NCBI GenBank assembly: GCA_951406725.2
Contig: OX597835.1
Span: 13,206,001 to 13,270,000 of the forward strand
DNA from: Octopus vulgaris
Taxonomy: Eukaryota
Direction: 5' to 3'
Length of the DNA: 64,000 nucleotides
Under the pieces are notes generated by a model that worked only from the letters and a program-made list of their open reading frames with translations, did no database searches and was not told the origin of the DNA. The first letter of the stretch is position 1. Every line of letters starts with the position of its first letter. The translations under genes were made by a program, and so were the position numbers. Shown here in pieces: positions 1 through 13,579 of this stretch.

Positions 1-99
1 ACCACTAGTTACAAGTTCAATCCCAATGCTTGGCACCCACCTTGGGCAAGTGTCTTCTACTATATACAGCCCTGGGCCAGCCAAAGTCTTATGAGTAGG

Positions 100-334
100 A
101 GACGTAAGCACACCAGTATCGGTTGTCAAGTGATGTTGGAGGGACAAGCACAGACACACAAACACACACAGACACACACACATACATATATACGATGGGC
201 TTCATTTAGTTTCCGCCTACCAAATCCACTCACAAGGTTTTGGTCAGCCCGAGGCTATAGTAGATGACACTTGCCCAAGGTGCCATGCAGTGGGACTGAA
301 CCTGGAACCATGTGGCTGGTAAGCAAGCTACTTA
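100..334 (-). mobile_element. SINE family A (tRNA-derived), partial copy
   Basis: Reverse complement matches the full copies at 32952-33372 and 50208-50604; 1-97 is a + strand fragment of the same family. Confidence 0.85.
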
Positions 335-396
335 CGTTTATTTTGTTAGTTTTTATGTCCATTTTTCTATGCTAGCATGGGTTAGGTGAATATATT

Positions 397-913
397 ACTG
401 ACCGAGATCTCTGGAGATATGCTGTGACTGCAATGACCCGGGCTGCTTCCTGCACCAGTTCTGCATAGCCCCTGCCCATTCAAAGTACCTTGGATTTCAG
501 AACAACCCGCTGTGCTTGAGGAGACCTATTGAGTCAAGTACATGAACATCGAAATAAATATCAATGGAAATAGTAGTTGTGATACCTGTGCCGGTCGCAC
601 ATAAAAAGCACCATCCGAATGTAGCCGATGCCAGCGCCGCCTTGACTGGCTTCTGTGCCGGTGGCACGTTAAAAGCACCAACCAATCGTTGCCGCTGCCA
701 GACTCCCCTGGCACCTGTGCCGGTGGCACGTAAAAAGCACCCACTACACTCGCGGAGTGGTTGGCGTTAGGAAGGGCATCCAGCTGTAAAAACACTGCCA
801 GATCAGACTGGAGCCTGGTGCACCCTCCTGGCTTCCCAGACCCCGGTCGAACCGTCCAACCCATGCTAGTGCGGAAAACAGACGTTAAACGATGATGATG
901 ATGATGATGATGA
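397..913 (+). mobile_element. 5'-truncated RTE-clade LINE: ORF2 C-terminus, 3' UTR and (GAT)n tail (family E)
   Basis: 397-468 reads TDRDLWRYAVTAMTRAASCTSSA* (DRxxWR motif typical of RTE ORF2 ends), then ~60-bp internal repeats (cctgtgccggtggcacgtaaaaagcacc), ggcgttaggaagggcatccagctgta, and gacgttaaac(gat)n. Confidence 0.75.
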
Positions 914-1078
914 CCTTTTCCTGTTGTTATTCTTCACTTGTCTTTCAAGCATGGAATCCTTTAGTTTACATGTCTTCAAGACACAATTCCCATAGTGTAG
1001 GATTTATTTACAGAAGGAATTATGACAATAATACTGCTTCTTGCTCTTAATTTTCAGAGGAATAAATTACAACCCCCA

Positions 1079-1112
<34 letters not shown>

Positions 1113-1697
1113 TATTCATTTCAGTGGGGCATTAATCAATCACATTATAGATTGCAACATTGTAATGTATCAATCGCTATTTAAACTTCACTGAACTAAA
1201 TGAATGATTGACTAACTTTGTCCATATACACTCGTCTGACCAATGATTAAGGTCAGCCATTTGGCTAAATTAACTAATGTGTCATATTAGTATTAGATAC
1301 GAATATATTCTGTCTGTGTGTCTCTCTCTATCTATTTCTCTGTCTGTCTGTATGTCCATCTTTCTGTCCACCTCTCTGCTTGTCTCTCCAGCCTTCTCTC
1401 TCTCTGTCTCTGATATAACTATGGTATCGCAGACATGTTATTGGTTGAATGGTCAGTGTAACTTGACCAGTTGAAGTTTTGACTGTCCATATTTAGTCAC
1501 TTTTCCATGAACAAAGCTATTTGCTGACCACAGTACATGTGGTGCCATGGTCCAAAATATTTGCTGACCTCAGTCCACGTGGCTGTAAATAGGTGTCATT
1601 GTAAGAAATGCTCGCTGGCATTTTTTCTGGCAGTTATTTCACTGAATTCTTCATTATTTTCAAAATGAATTGGAACAAAAGTAGTGCATTCTAACAG

Positions 1698-1942
1698 AAG
1701 TTAAGTTAAGTTAAGTTAATTCTTTGGCTCAAGAAGCAAAAGGCAAGGCCATGTAGGGGAACATGGAGTTATGTACAGGGAGGGTGTTCATGCAAAGAGT
1801 TCAGGCCATTTCTGGTCAAGAGAGACTTTCAACCGAGCGGTCGTCGGCATCTTCACTATCTCGTCCGGCAGCTTATTCCACGGATCCGCAACCCGGATGG
1901 AGAAAGCCCCTCTCTTTCGACCTAGATGAAATCGTCGCAGAA
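1698..1942 (-). mobile_element. CR1-group LINE 3' fragment
   Basis: Reverse complement matches the ORF2 end and 3' UTR at 45590-45970; the tail reads (gttaa)n on +. Confidence 0.8.
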
Positions 1943-2424
1943 GTATGGCATAGAATAGTTAAATTGATTGAAATTAAAACCTTCCATCAGAATTCCACCC
2001 TAATTTATATCCTAAATACCAGTTTGATACTGACAAGTTATTTCACTAAATTTTTCAGAATTAATTGAAACAACGGCAGTGTATTTTAACAGAAATATGG
2101 TTGTGTAGCAAGTAGCCATTTTTTAAATAAGGCGCCAATTTGTGGTAGCTGGCAATATGACGTAATGTCGTATTGCCGAAGAAATATTATTGTCATTTTT
2201 CCATTGGTTAATATAACTGCTCATATAATAAAAATTATACTAAGAGTTACTTGAAGAATATATGTATGTAATTTCGATTCTTTAAAGTCAAGTCGAGCAG
2301 TTATAAAAACCCTGGATTTTGGGGGAAAACTTGAGTGTTTGTTGGATGTAACTAAACTCCACGACACTCACTCCTTTGATACATTGGTGATTTTTCATGC
2401 CATGTCCAAGGAAAATCCAACAGT

Positions 2425-2600
2425 TGCAATAGAATTAGAGTGACCTAAATGAAAACCTTTCTTCAAAATTCCTTGTTAATCTATGTTCCAAACACTAGCA
2501 TAATAATGACAAAATTATTTTACTGAATTCTCCATCGTTTTCAAAATGAAATGAAATGAAGGTAGCGTATAGCAGCAGAAATATGGTAACAAAGGGTTAA
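2425..2600. mobile_element. Fragment of a TTAA-ended MITE (second family)
   Basis: Ends cagaaatatggtaacaaagggTTAA; related fragments at ~1630-1697 and ~1945-2100. Confidence 0.5.
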
Positions 2601-2920
2601 GCTGTTGTATTATGCTGCAGTAGAGACAAATATTTTATTTTCACAAAGATTTTCATGTTGAAGTAGTGGTTGTCTTAAACTCGCAAAATCTCATATTTTG
2701 TAAAAGATTCTGTGAAGATTCACAAAGACTTTCTAACAAGTTATTAATTCTCACAAGACTGCCTTTGATGAGGGAAAATTAAAAAGGAAAAAAAACAACT
2801 TTAATTTGAAGAAATGTAGTGCATATCGTGACCTTCATTTCTGACCTAGTGTATCTAAGACTCCATTGTACACCATGTCTTCTTTTTTGTAAAATGATTT
2901 GGTATGATTTAGTCCTTTAG

Positions 2921-2986
<66 letters not shown>

Positions 2987-3099
2987 CCTGCTCGCTTAGC
3001 CAGCGGGGTGGCGTCATTCGAAGGCTAAAACAATGCGAGCGCATTGTGACCAGCGATGTGTAACAACATCTGATGATATGGTCGGTCACGTGATCAATG

Positions 3100-3131
<32 letters not shown>

Positions 3132-3361
3132 TTTATATATATATGTATGTATGTGTCTTTGTGTCTGTATTCGTCTCCACTTACTGGTTGACAAACCGGT
3201 GTTGGTGTGTTTACGGCCCTTTAACATAGCAATTCAGCAAAAGGGACCGATATAAAAAAAGGTACCAGGGCTGAATTGTTCGATTAAAATTCTTCAAGGC
3301 GGTGCTCCAGCATGACCGCAGCCAAATGACTGAAACAAGTGAAAGAATAGAATAGAGAAAG

Positions 3362-3575
3362 AATAGCATTTTTTAAACTGGCCATAACTGGCCCAAATGT
3401 TGTTCCTTAAACCAGCCAGATTCACCCTCTCACACCTACCCTACAATGTCATCCTGAAAACAAACAGTCACATCATTGAAATCTGAAAGTTACAAAGTCA
3501 TGCATGATTAATTCAGAATAATCTGAATATATAAGCATCACAGTCGACCGAGTAATCTGAATGCGAAAAGGTTAA
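3362..3575 (-). mobile_element. TTAA-flanked piggyBac-like MITE, degenerate
   Basis: Reverse complement resembles 38281-38500; ends aaaaggTTAA. Confidence 0.6.
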
Positions 3576-3624
3576 GCTTGCCATAACTTGTCCATATATC
3601 TTACCAGTATCATGTTCAAAGTGA

Positions 3625-4190
3625 AAGCGTGTTGCTCAGTGGTTAGGGTGTTCAGCTTATGATCGTAAGGTCATGAGTTCAATTCTCAACAACACATTGT
3701 GTCCTTGAGCAGGACACTTTATTTCACATTGCTCCAGTCCACTCAGCTGGCAAAAATGTGTTGTACCTGTAATTCAAAGGGTCGGCCTTGTCACATACTG
3801 TGTCACACTGAATCGCCCTGAGAACTACGTTAAAGGTATGTGTGTCTGTGGCAGCGAGCTGGCAGAAACGTTAGCACACCGGGCGAAATGCTTAGCGGTA
3901 TTTCGTCTGCCGTTACGTTGTGAGTTCAAATTCCGCCAAGGTCGACTTTGCCTTTCATCTTTTCGGGGTCGATAAATTAAGTACCAGTTACGCACTGGGG
4001 TTGATGTAATCGACTTAATACCTATGTCTGTCCTTGTTTGTCCCCTCTGTGTTTAGCCCCTTGTGGGTAATAAAGAAATAGGTATGTGTGTCTGTGGAGT
4101 ATTCAGTCACTTGCATGTCAATGTCATGAGTAGGCTGTTCTGTCGATCGGATCAACTGGAACCCTCATTGTCGTAACCAGTGGAGTGCTT
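3625..4190 (+). mobile_element. SINE family D (tRNA head, CORE-like middle, tail 1) interrupted by a family B SINE
   Basis: A/B-box-like gctcagtggttag...gagttcaattc; gtgtccttgagcaggacac...ccactcagctg; 3' module shared with 17873-18254. Confidence 0.75.
3852..4080 (+). mobile_element. SINE family B (Meta-domain-like) with 17-bp TSD
   Basis: gcgagctggcagaaacgttagc head; gcctttcatctttcggggtcgataaattaagtaccag resembles the MetaSINE central domain; TSD ggtatgtgtgtctgtgg at 3835-3851 and 4081-4097. Confidence 0.9.
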
Positions 4191-4294
4191 ATATCATGTT
4201 CAGACTAGCCAGATCTGACCTCTCTCACTTATCCTGCAATCTCATTCTAAACATAAGCAATCACATCATCGAAACCTCAAAGCTACAAGATAAT

Positions 4295-4528
4295 CTATTT
4301 CTTTACTACCCACAAGGGGCTAAACACAGAGGGGTCAAACAAGGACAGACAAACGGATTAAGTCGATTAGATCGATCCCAGTGCATAACTGGTACTTAAT
4401 TTATCGATCCCGAAAGGATGAAAGGCAAAGTGGACCTCGGCGGAATTTGAACTCAGAACGTAATGGCAGACGAAATACCGATAAGCATTTCGCCTGGCGT
4501 GCTAAGGTTTCTGCCAGCTCACCACCTT
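4295..4528 (-). mobile_element. SINE family B with 16-bp TSD, inside a piggyBac-like MITE (~4195-4619)
   Basis: TSD aaagctacaagataat at 4279-4294 and 4530-4545. Confidence 0.9.
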
Positions 4529-5569
4529 AAAAGCTACAAGATAATGCATGATTAATCCAGAGCATTATGAATAAACTAGCACCGCATTTCACAGAGTAAT
4601 TTGAATGCTCAAAGGTTAACAAATAGTTGACTGTTATTTCTAGCAGATCAAGGGACCACTTCAGATCTCCTTGCTATGCCTCACAATTAATCATATTTGT
4701 CTCAGTTGCATGAGATAAACGGATACTGATTGACTGAATGAAACAGATGAAATACGCTGAAAGATATTTCACTTTCAATCATCCTCAATCTTCGGTCAGT
4801 CATTTATGCCGTAATTATAGTTTGGCTTATCATTATTAAGAAGCAACTGGAATTTGGAAGAATCTATTATTGTTTCTTTGAAGAAATTCTTAGAACTGGA
4901 ATGGTTCAAAGCTTTTGGTATGTTTGAAACAAACTGCCAAAATTGGAAATTGAATTTGATAAGAATCTTAATTTATTTATTGTCTTTGAATTCCAACAGG
5001 AAAACGGACAACAATAATTCCATTGACAATTCGCTATGCAAAGAGATGTTACGAAATTCTAAATATGCAGTAAACCTTTTGATGGTGCCTAACATTAAAC
5101 ACGAAGCGTGTTTGAAATTTTCACATTGGTTATTATTTTTCTTGGCGCACACAACAAGGAAGAGAAGTTTATTAAATTTTTATTCGTGTTATTGATACCA
5201 ATAAACTGCAGATGCCATTGTTAACCTTGGTTTTCTCTGCAATGCAATGTCGTTAGTACAATCATCTCAATTCTAACCGAATTCCAAATTAATTTCTTCG
5301 AATTTTAATACGTTTATTATAATAACCTCATTCTTCAACAAAAGCGAAAACTGGATACCAGAGATTAAATTTTTCTTTTTCCTTCCTTTTATCTATTTTC
5401 TGGGAGTTTTTTTTTTCTTTTTGCGGCGGCTTACCATCTTTTATATTGGAATGAGATGAGAAATGTTATTTTGTTTTAATGATAAATTTAATAAAATAAA
5501 TGCCTATGTTTACAAAGGCATCCAGTGATATACTCTTCACTGTCATCGTGTGCAGATTCTCTTTCGACT

Positions 5570-6203
5570 ATGTGTGTGTGTGTGTATATGCATATATACA
5601 GATATATATTATGTGTATGTGTGTGTATGTATATATGTGTGTGTGTGTGTATGTGCATGCTAAATATATATATATATATATAAATATATATATATATGTG
5701 TGTGTGTGTGTGTATATGTGTGTGTATGTGTGCATGCTAAATATATGTGTGTGTGCTAAATATATATATATGTGTGTATGTGTATGTAGATGCTAAATAT
5801 ATATATGTGTGCGTATGTGTATGTATGTGCATGCTAAATATATATGTGTATGTGTATGTATATATGTGCATGCTAAATATGTGTGTGCATGTGTGTGTAT
5901 ATATATATATACTATGTATGTGTGTGTACATGCTTGCACATAGATATTTTATCCAACATATATACAAATCTCTCACACACACAAATATATATACATATAT
6001 ACATGGATTATATCTATGTGTATATATATATATATATATATATCTACATCCACACACACATGTAAATATGTATATATATATATATATATGTGTGTGTGTA
6101 TGTGTATGTATCATATCTATCTATTTCTTTCTATATACATATATGTGTATGTGTATATATATATATATATACACACACACACATACACACGTGTAAATAC
6201 GTG

Positions 6204-6234
<31 letters not shown>

Positions 6235-6312
6235 CTATATATATATATATATATGTACCTTATCTATCTATTTCTCTCTCTATATGTGTGTGTGTGTATG
6301 CATATATGCATA
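5570..6312. repeat. Compound (TA)n/(TG)n/(CA)n microsatellite
   Basis: Direct inspection; includes recurring tgctaaatata units. Confidence 0.95.
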
Positions 6313-6596
6313 CTTAAATACAGCTATCTAGATTTGTGTCCTTACATAAACCGCAACACAAACGCCCATGCGGAATAAGACTCTCCTCTGTCACCAGCAA
6401 CAATACAAGTGTCGTTAATGAAATTCCAGTTATCTTTCAATTCAATCCATTTTTTCCCTTCTTTCCTCCAACCTTACGTTGCATCCTATTGGAACATGCA
6501 ATGGCGAAAATACCAGACGCTGCCAATCCATGATTCTCTGGTTCGATGCTGTGCTGGGGCTGAAGTAGTTAATTATACATATTAGCTATATTAGTT

Positions 6597-6987
6597 GCTC
6601 TTTTACTTGTTTCAGTCATTTGACTGCGGCCATGCTGGAGCACTGCCTTTAGTTGAACAGATTTATCCCGCTCCCAGGATTTATTCTTTGTAAGCCTAGT
6701 ATTTATTCTATCGGTCTGTCTTCTGCCAAACCGTTAAGTTACGGGGACGTAAACACACCAACATCGGTTGTCAAGCAATGGTGGTAAGGGGCAAACACAC
6801 ACGCACACACACATAAATATACAATGGACTTCTTTTAAGTTTCCATCTACCAAATCCATGCATAAGGCTTTGGTAGGCCTGAGGCAATAGTAGAAGACAC
6901 TTACTCAAGACGCCACAAAGTGGAACTGAACTTGGAACCATGTGGTTGGGAAGCAAGCTTCTTACCACACAGCCTCACCTGTGCCTA
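6597..6987 (-). mobile_element. SINE family A, near full length
   Basis: Runs from cttttacttgtttcagtcatttgactgcggcc to cttaccacacagcc...gtgccta. Confidence 0.9.
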
Positions 6988-7444
6988 TTGTATATTGGTC
7001 TTAAAGCAGTGAGCTGGCAGAACTTTGACCTTACCAGACGAAATGCTTAGCAGCATTTTGTCCATCCTAGCATTCTTGGTTCAAATCCTGCCGACGTTGA
7101 GATTGTCTATCATTCCTTCAGGGTCGATAAATTAAGTACCAGTGAAGTACTGGGATCAATGTAATCATTGATCCCCCTACTCACAAATCCTAGGTGCCGG
7201 TACAAGGATGTACCTGCTTCAGCATTCAGCTCCCAGAAGAGCAGAAATTGGTAAAAAAACTCCAACTTGCTATCTGCATTTTGATCTCCATGCTTATCCT
7301 TGTCTCTGGCCATAAATCTTTGGTAATGACCAAAAATGTATGATCTGAAACACAAGTAATGAAAATGGAATTCCTGCAAAACAGTGGTCCTCAACTGGGG
7401 TCCATATAAGATTTTTGGGGATCCATGCAACAAAGTAATGTCAA

Positions 7445-7692
7445 GTCACCTTCTCGAGTTCTATTGACCCACAAAGGCCAGTTTCCTAGTTTCCATGGGG
7501 TATATATTCCCCGCCTGGCTGGGACACAGGTCCTCCATAGCAGGTTTACTCATTATAGCCAACTGAGTGGACTGGGGCACTGTGAAATGAAGGGTTTTGC
7601 TCAAGAACACAATGCATCACCCAGTCCAGGAATTGAAACCACAGTCTTATAATCGTGAATCCGATACCCTAACCACTAAGCCATGAGCCTCC
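7445..7692 (-). mobile_element. SINE family D head with tail 3, inside an hAT-like remnant starting cagtggtcctcaac at 7382
   Basis: Reverse complement resembles 26093-26345. Confidence 0.65.
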
Positions 7693-7808
7693 ACTATGTA
7701 ACAAAATAGTATACTGGGGATCGACAGTAGTATTTTAAGGGCCCCTGAAGAGATTTTGCTTTAGATATATGTATTGGTATGTATTGCAAGAAACAGCTGG
7801 ATTCCTTT

Positions 7809-8523
7809 CTCGGTATTTTCTGCTTCTTCTTTTATTTGCCTCTTTGTAATTTGCGTAAGAGGATGAAGAAGAGGCTGCACATCACCCTCTCCTCCTCCTT
7901 CCCAGACGAGATCCAAAACCAATCTCATTCCCTACTACAAAACTTCTCTCACAGAACCCCACCCCCCTGGAATCCTTCCTGAAACATTCAGACCCCATCG
8001 TAGCATAGGTATATTCAACCACTTTGTGTGTATTTATATTCTAGCAATCACTATTACTGTTCTTCTACCACATTTTTCCTAAATTCGAACCAAAAATATT
8101 CCAGCTTTGGTTCCTTCCATTATTTCACCTTTGCTTGTGGTAGCGGTAGATATCGGTATTTTCTGCTTCTTCTTTTATTTGCCTCTTTGTAATTTGCGTA
8201 AGAGGATGAAGAAGAGGCTGCACATCACCCTCTCCTCCTCCTTCCCAGACGATACTACAAAACTTCTCTCACAGAACCCCACCCCCCTGGAATCCTTCCT
8301 GAAACATTCAGACCCCATCGTAGCATAGGTATATTCAACCACTTTGTGTGTATTTATATTCTAGCAATCACAATTACTGTTCTTCTACCACATTTTTCCT
8401 AAATTCGAACCAAAAATATTCCAGCTTTGGTTCCTTCCATTATTTCACCTTTGCTTGTGGTAGCGGTAGATATCGGTATTTTCTGCTTCTTCTTTCATTT
8501 GCCTCTTTGTAATTTGCGTAAGT
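7809..8523 (+). repeat. Tandem duplication, ~320-344 bp unit, about 2.2 copies
   Basis: tcggtattttctgcttcttc starts at ~7809, ~8153 and ~8473; the second unit lacks ~24 bp. Confidence 0.95.
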
Positions 8524-8724
8524 CTCGTCTTAACATAGCTTAATTATCAAAATGTTTCTGTGCTTTTATTCGGCTGTAATTTTCCTGATTTCTGAGCATT
8601 TTAAGATTATAGTGTTTGTAAACAGTCTACCCATTGTTGCTTAATAAGTACTTACTATTCTGGAAGCATCTTCTTTTCACCATTATTCCATCACTTTTAT
8701 TTCTATTTCCGTTTAGAGAGAGAG

Positions 8725-8917
8725 ACACACACAAACACACACACACACACACACACACAAACTCACATACACACAAACACACATACACACACACACACAC
8801 ACACAAACTCACACACACACACAAACTCACACACACACATACACACACAAACACACACACACAAACACACACACACAAACTCACATACACACACACACAA
8901 ACTCACATACACACAAA

Positions 8918-8959
<42 letters not shown>

Positions 8960-8973
8960 CACACACACACAAA

Positions 8974-9047
<74 letters not shown>

Positions 9048-9320
9048 CAAACTCACACACACAAACTCACATACACACACACACACAAACTCACACACAC
9101 ACACACACAAACTCACACACACACAAACTCACACACACACACACACACAAACTCACATACACACACACACAAACTCACACACACACATACACACACACAC
9201 ACACACAAACTCACACATACACACACATACACACACATACAAACTCACACACACACACAAACTCACATACACAAACACACACACACACACAAACTCACAC
9301 ACACACACACACACACACGT
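8725..9320. repeat. (CA)n-based minisatellite with aaact interruptions
   Basis: Direct inspection. Confidence 0.95.
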
Positions 9321-10389
9321 GTGTGCGTGTTATATACTTTTACGGCATCTCAGAACTTTTAATTCTACTTCTTGCACAATTGTTTTTCTGTTTCGTCGGT
9401 GTCCATTTTTAACTCCCATCGGCTTAGAGTAGTTACAAAATATCTTGGTAGGTGAAAAATAATTTTGTAGAATTTGGTAGAAATGGAATGGAATCTAGAA
9501 TCATTGCTTTCATCTAAACATTAGATTTTCTACTTAAGTATGTTCTAAATATCATCTAATGCTCTGTATTTCGAGAATTCTTCACAAACACACTTATTCT
9601 TATCAAATTATACAATATGTTCTATAGATTTGTTCCTCCATTCATGCTACTAATTCTCTCAGAATTCTTCATTGGAAATTATTAAATAACCTATAGGATT
9701 ATCTTCTGTAAGAAAGTTGTGGAATTTCTGTTGCGTCTTTGAGGATTTTAGAAACAAATTAATTTTGTATTCATCTTGAAGTTGTAGAAAGCAGCTTCTG
9801 TGTTCATGGAAGTAGCGAAGGCGCATAGTTTAATGGTTAGGGCGTTGCATTCATGATTATAAGATGAAGGTTTTGATTCTTGGACCAGGGCAGCACATTG
9901 CCACCTTGAGCAAAACCCCTCATTTCATTGTACTTCAGTCTAACATCATCATCATCACCATCATCATCTTCCAATTTGAATTTTAGATTCTCCATTCTCC
10001 AAACCATGAGGTTTCAGGTTCAGCCCCACTGCACAGAATTAAAGTATCTCCTGCTATAGTCCCAGGCTGATCAATGCCTTGTGAGTGGATCTGGTAGATG
10101 GAAACTGAAAGAAGCCCCTGGTGCATGTATGTATGTATGTATCTGCAGCCACTTCTTCACCCTCTCGCATCAGAAATTCAAGATACCTCTTCTTGGATCT
10201 CTGAGACTTCTTTTGATCCCAGGACTCATTGTACTTCAGTCTAACATCATCATCATCATCATCATCAACTTCCAATGTCTGTTGTCCTTGCTGGCATGGG
10301 TTGGAGGGTTTGACCTGAGCTGGCAATCTGGGGAGCTGCACCTGGTTCCACTCTGATTTGGTGTAGTTTCTACAGCTAGACGTTTTTAA

Positions 10390-10696
10390 TGTGGCTCCAC
10401 ACAAGCAATTTTACTTGGCACTGGCATAGGAGGACCCTTGTAGGTGAATCCTCTCCCCCTGGGGATGTGGCCTCAACGCTTCTGCTGTGGAGACTCTGCC
10501 TGTAAGTGAGTTCTAGCAGTAGATAGGAAGTTGATCGTACAAAGGACCAGCAAAAGATCATCAGGGAGTGTCATAATGTCCCACCAAGGGACACTTCTTG
10601 TATGATGGTGTTGCTCTCTTATAAATGCTGCAGGTTATAAAGTATTGAAGACAAGGAAACATAACGACTGTAACTCCTTGTCTCCATACCATTACA
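10390..10696 (+). mobile_element. Possible solo LTR
   Basis: tgtggctcc...ccattaca (TG...CA), tataaa near 10620; no TSD and no second copy seen. Confidence 0.3.
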
Positions 10697-10842
10697 TGTA
10701 TATATATATATATACACTCTTTGCCGTCTTAACATTACACACACACACACTCCCTTCTTGAAAACATTACATGTACATATACTCATACATACACACATAC
10801 AGATATACATACACACATGCATCAACTATACATACACAGATA

Positions 10843-11077
10843 CCTATTTCTTTACTACCCACAAGGGGCTAAACACAGAGGGGACAAACAAGGACAGACA
10901 AAAGGATTAAGTCGATTACATCGACCCCAGTGCGTAACTGGTACTTAATTTATCGACCCCGAAAGGATGAAAGGCAAAGTCGACCTCGGCGGAATTTGAA
11001 CTCAGAACGTAACTGCAGACGAAATACGGCTACGCATTTCGCCCGGCGTGCTACCGATTCTGCCAGCTCGCTGCCTT
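10843..11077 (-). mobile_element. SINE family B, full length
   Basis: Near-identical to 4295-4528; flanked by the tacacagatacct direct repeat. Confidence 0.9.
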
Positions 11078-12281
11078 GGATACCTACACAGATACCTACC
11101 TACCTACCTATCTACCTACATACATACATACATACATACATACATGCATGCACCAGGGGCTTCTTTCAGTTTCCATCTATCAGATTCACTCACAAGGCAT
11201 TGGTCAGCCTGGGACTATGGCAGGAGATACTTCAATTCTGTGCAGTGGGGCTGAACCTGAAACCTCGTGGTTTGGAGAATGGAGAATCTAAAATTCAAAT
11301 AAAATAGGTAAAAGTGTGTGAGAGAGACGGAGGAAGAAAGAGTGGGAGAGAGAGAGAGTGAAAGAGAAAGAGAGTGAGAGAGAGAGAGAGAGGTAGAGAT
11401 GCATGGATAAGGAAGATGTTGTATACATAACGAGAGGATTATAGAATGGAGGCTTCTTAAATAGATCGTTCAGAGAGATAGAGTTAAAATCTAATCTCCT
11501 ATCAGTTATGCGTTCAGTAGCATGGCTTTTTTGAAAATATCCGCAGCTAGCTGACAGTGTTTCTAATGTCTTAGAGAGGACAGGAATGGAGAAAAAAAAA
11601 AAAATAATAAAAATGGTGGGGGAAGAAAAAGAAGAAACAAGAGAGAGATGAGGAGAGATAATATATACATAGCAAGATTTTAAAAACTCAAATAAATAAA
11701 AATTGCATTAAAGCTAAAACTCCATCAAGCATTTTCTGTATATTTTTTTTTTCCCCTCCTAGAATCGTGTTTTATTTTTCAAAATGTTCTGTCATTATTT
11801 TTGAAAGAAAAAAAAAACACACACCAAAAAAAAACACCAAAAGAAAAAACACACACACAAAAAGAAAACAGTGATTTTTATTTGTTTCGTATTTTTTCGT
11901 ATTTTTTGTTTTACCATTTTTATTCATTTATATTTTTAAGTACATGTTTTTTTTCATTTTTTTTTTTTGGTTGCGGTGTTTCCATTTAGTATTTTTCTTG
12001 CTAAATATTATGTTTAGTGATTCTGCCGATCTTAATATTTTCATGCTACATGTTTACAGTTGGTCCTGTTCACCGATTCCGATCTAACAGAACCGGCACA
12101 AAGCTCTATAAAATAGCAAGAACAGAGGTTACTGTGCTAGAACATCCGTCCTTTCTGTTAACTATGTCAGCAACGCTTGAACCAAAACCGTTCCTTCACC
12201 TCACTTCTCTTAAAAAGGAAAAACAAAACACAATCTATGCTTCATCAAATATTGTCTTTATGGACTTTGGGTAAATCCACA

Positions 12282-13579
12282 GTGGAGCTGAGACAGAATG
12301 GAGTTGAACTGGAGTAGAACTGGAGTGCAGACAGGATGGAGTGGAGCTGGAGTGGAAATGAGATGGGATGGAGTTGAGCTAGAGTAGAGATGAGTAGAGT
12401 TCGAGTGGAGCTGGAGTGGAGATGAGACAGAATGGGGTGGAACTGGAGTGGAACTGGAGTGCAGACAGGATGGAGTGGAGCTGGAGTGGAAATGAGATGG
12501 GATGGAGTTGAGCTGGAGTAGAGATGAGTAGAGTTCGAGTGGAGCTGGAGTGGAGATGAGACAGAATGGGGTGGAACTGGAGTGGAACTGGAGTGCAGAC
12601 AGGATGGAGTGGAGCTGGAAATGAGATGGGATGGAGTTGAGCTGGAGTAGAGAGATGGAATGGAGCTGGGATAAAGTAGAGTTCGAGTGGAGCTGGAGTG
12701 GAGATGAGACAGGATGGAGTGTGACTGGAGTGCAGACAGGATGGAGTGGAGCTGGAGTGGAAATGAGATGGGATGGAGTTGAGCTGGAGTAGAGATGAGG
12801 TGGAATGGAGCTGGGATAAAGTAGAGTTCGAGTGGAGCTGGAGTGGAGATGAGACAGAATGGAGTGGAACTGGAGTGCAGACAGGATGGAGTGGAGCTGG
12901 AGTGGAAATGAGATGGGATGGAGTTGAGCTGGAGTAGAGATGAGATGGAATGGAGCTGGGATAAAGTAGAGTTCGAGTGGAGCTGGAGTGGAGATGAGAC
13001 AGAATGGAGTGGAACTGGAGTGGAACTGGAGTGCAGACAGGATGGAGTGGAGCTGGAGTGGAAATGAGATGGGATGGAGTTGAGCTGGAGTAGAGATGAG
13101 GTGGAATGGAGAGCTGGGATAAAGTAGAGTTCGAGTGGAGCTGGAGTGGAGATGAGACAGGATGGAGTGTGACTGGAGTGCAGACAGGATGGAGTGGAGC
13201 TGGAGTGGAAATGAGATGGGATGGAGTTGAGCTGGAGTAGAGATGAGATGGAATGGAGCGGGGATAAAGTAGAGTTCGAGTGGAGATGAGATAGAATGGA
13301 GTTGAACTGGAGTGGAACTGGAGTGCAGACAGGATGGAGTGGAGCTGGAGTGGAAATGAGATGGGATGGAGTTGAGCTGGAGTAGAGATGAGATGGAATG
13401 GAGCTGAGATAAAGTAGAGTTCGAGTGGAGCTGGAGTGGAACTGGAGTGCAGACAGGATGGAGTGGAGCTGGAGTGGAAATGAGATGGGATGGAGTTGAG
13501 CTGGAGTAGAGATGAGATGGAATGGTGCTGGGATAAAGTGGAGTTCGAGTGGCGCTGGAGTGGAGCTGGAGTGGAGCTT
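12282..13579. repeat. Purine-rich GGAGT/GAGAT-based satellite with higher-order units
   Basis: Recurring ggagtggagct, ggagtggaact, gagatgggat and gataaagtagagttcgagt blocks. Confidence 0.95.

Noticed and set aside
2102-2422. Solo LTR
   Set aside because: TG start and a TATA-like box, but no defined end, TSD or second copy.
4854-5195. 113-aa ORF in unique AT-rich sequence
   Set aside because: Non-ATG start, no recognisable motif and no splice support.
8634-9362. 242-aa His/Thr-rich ORF
   Set aside because: (CA)n microsatellite read-through.
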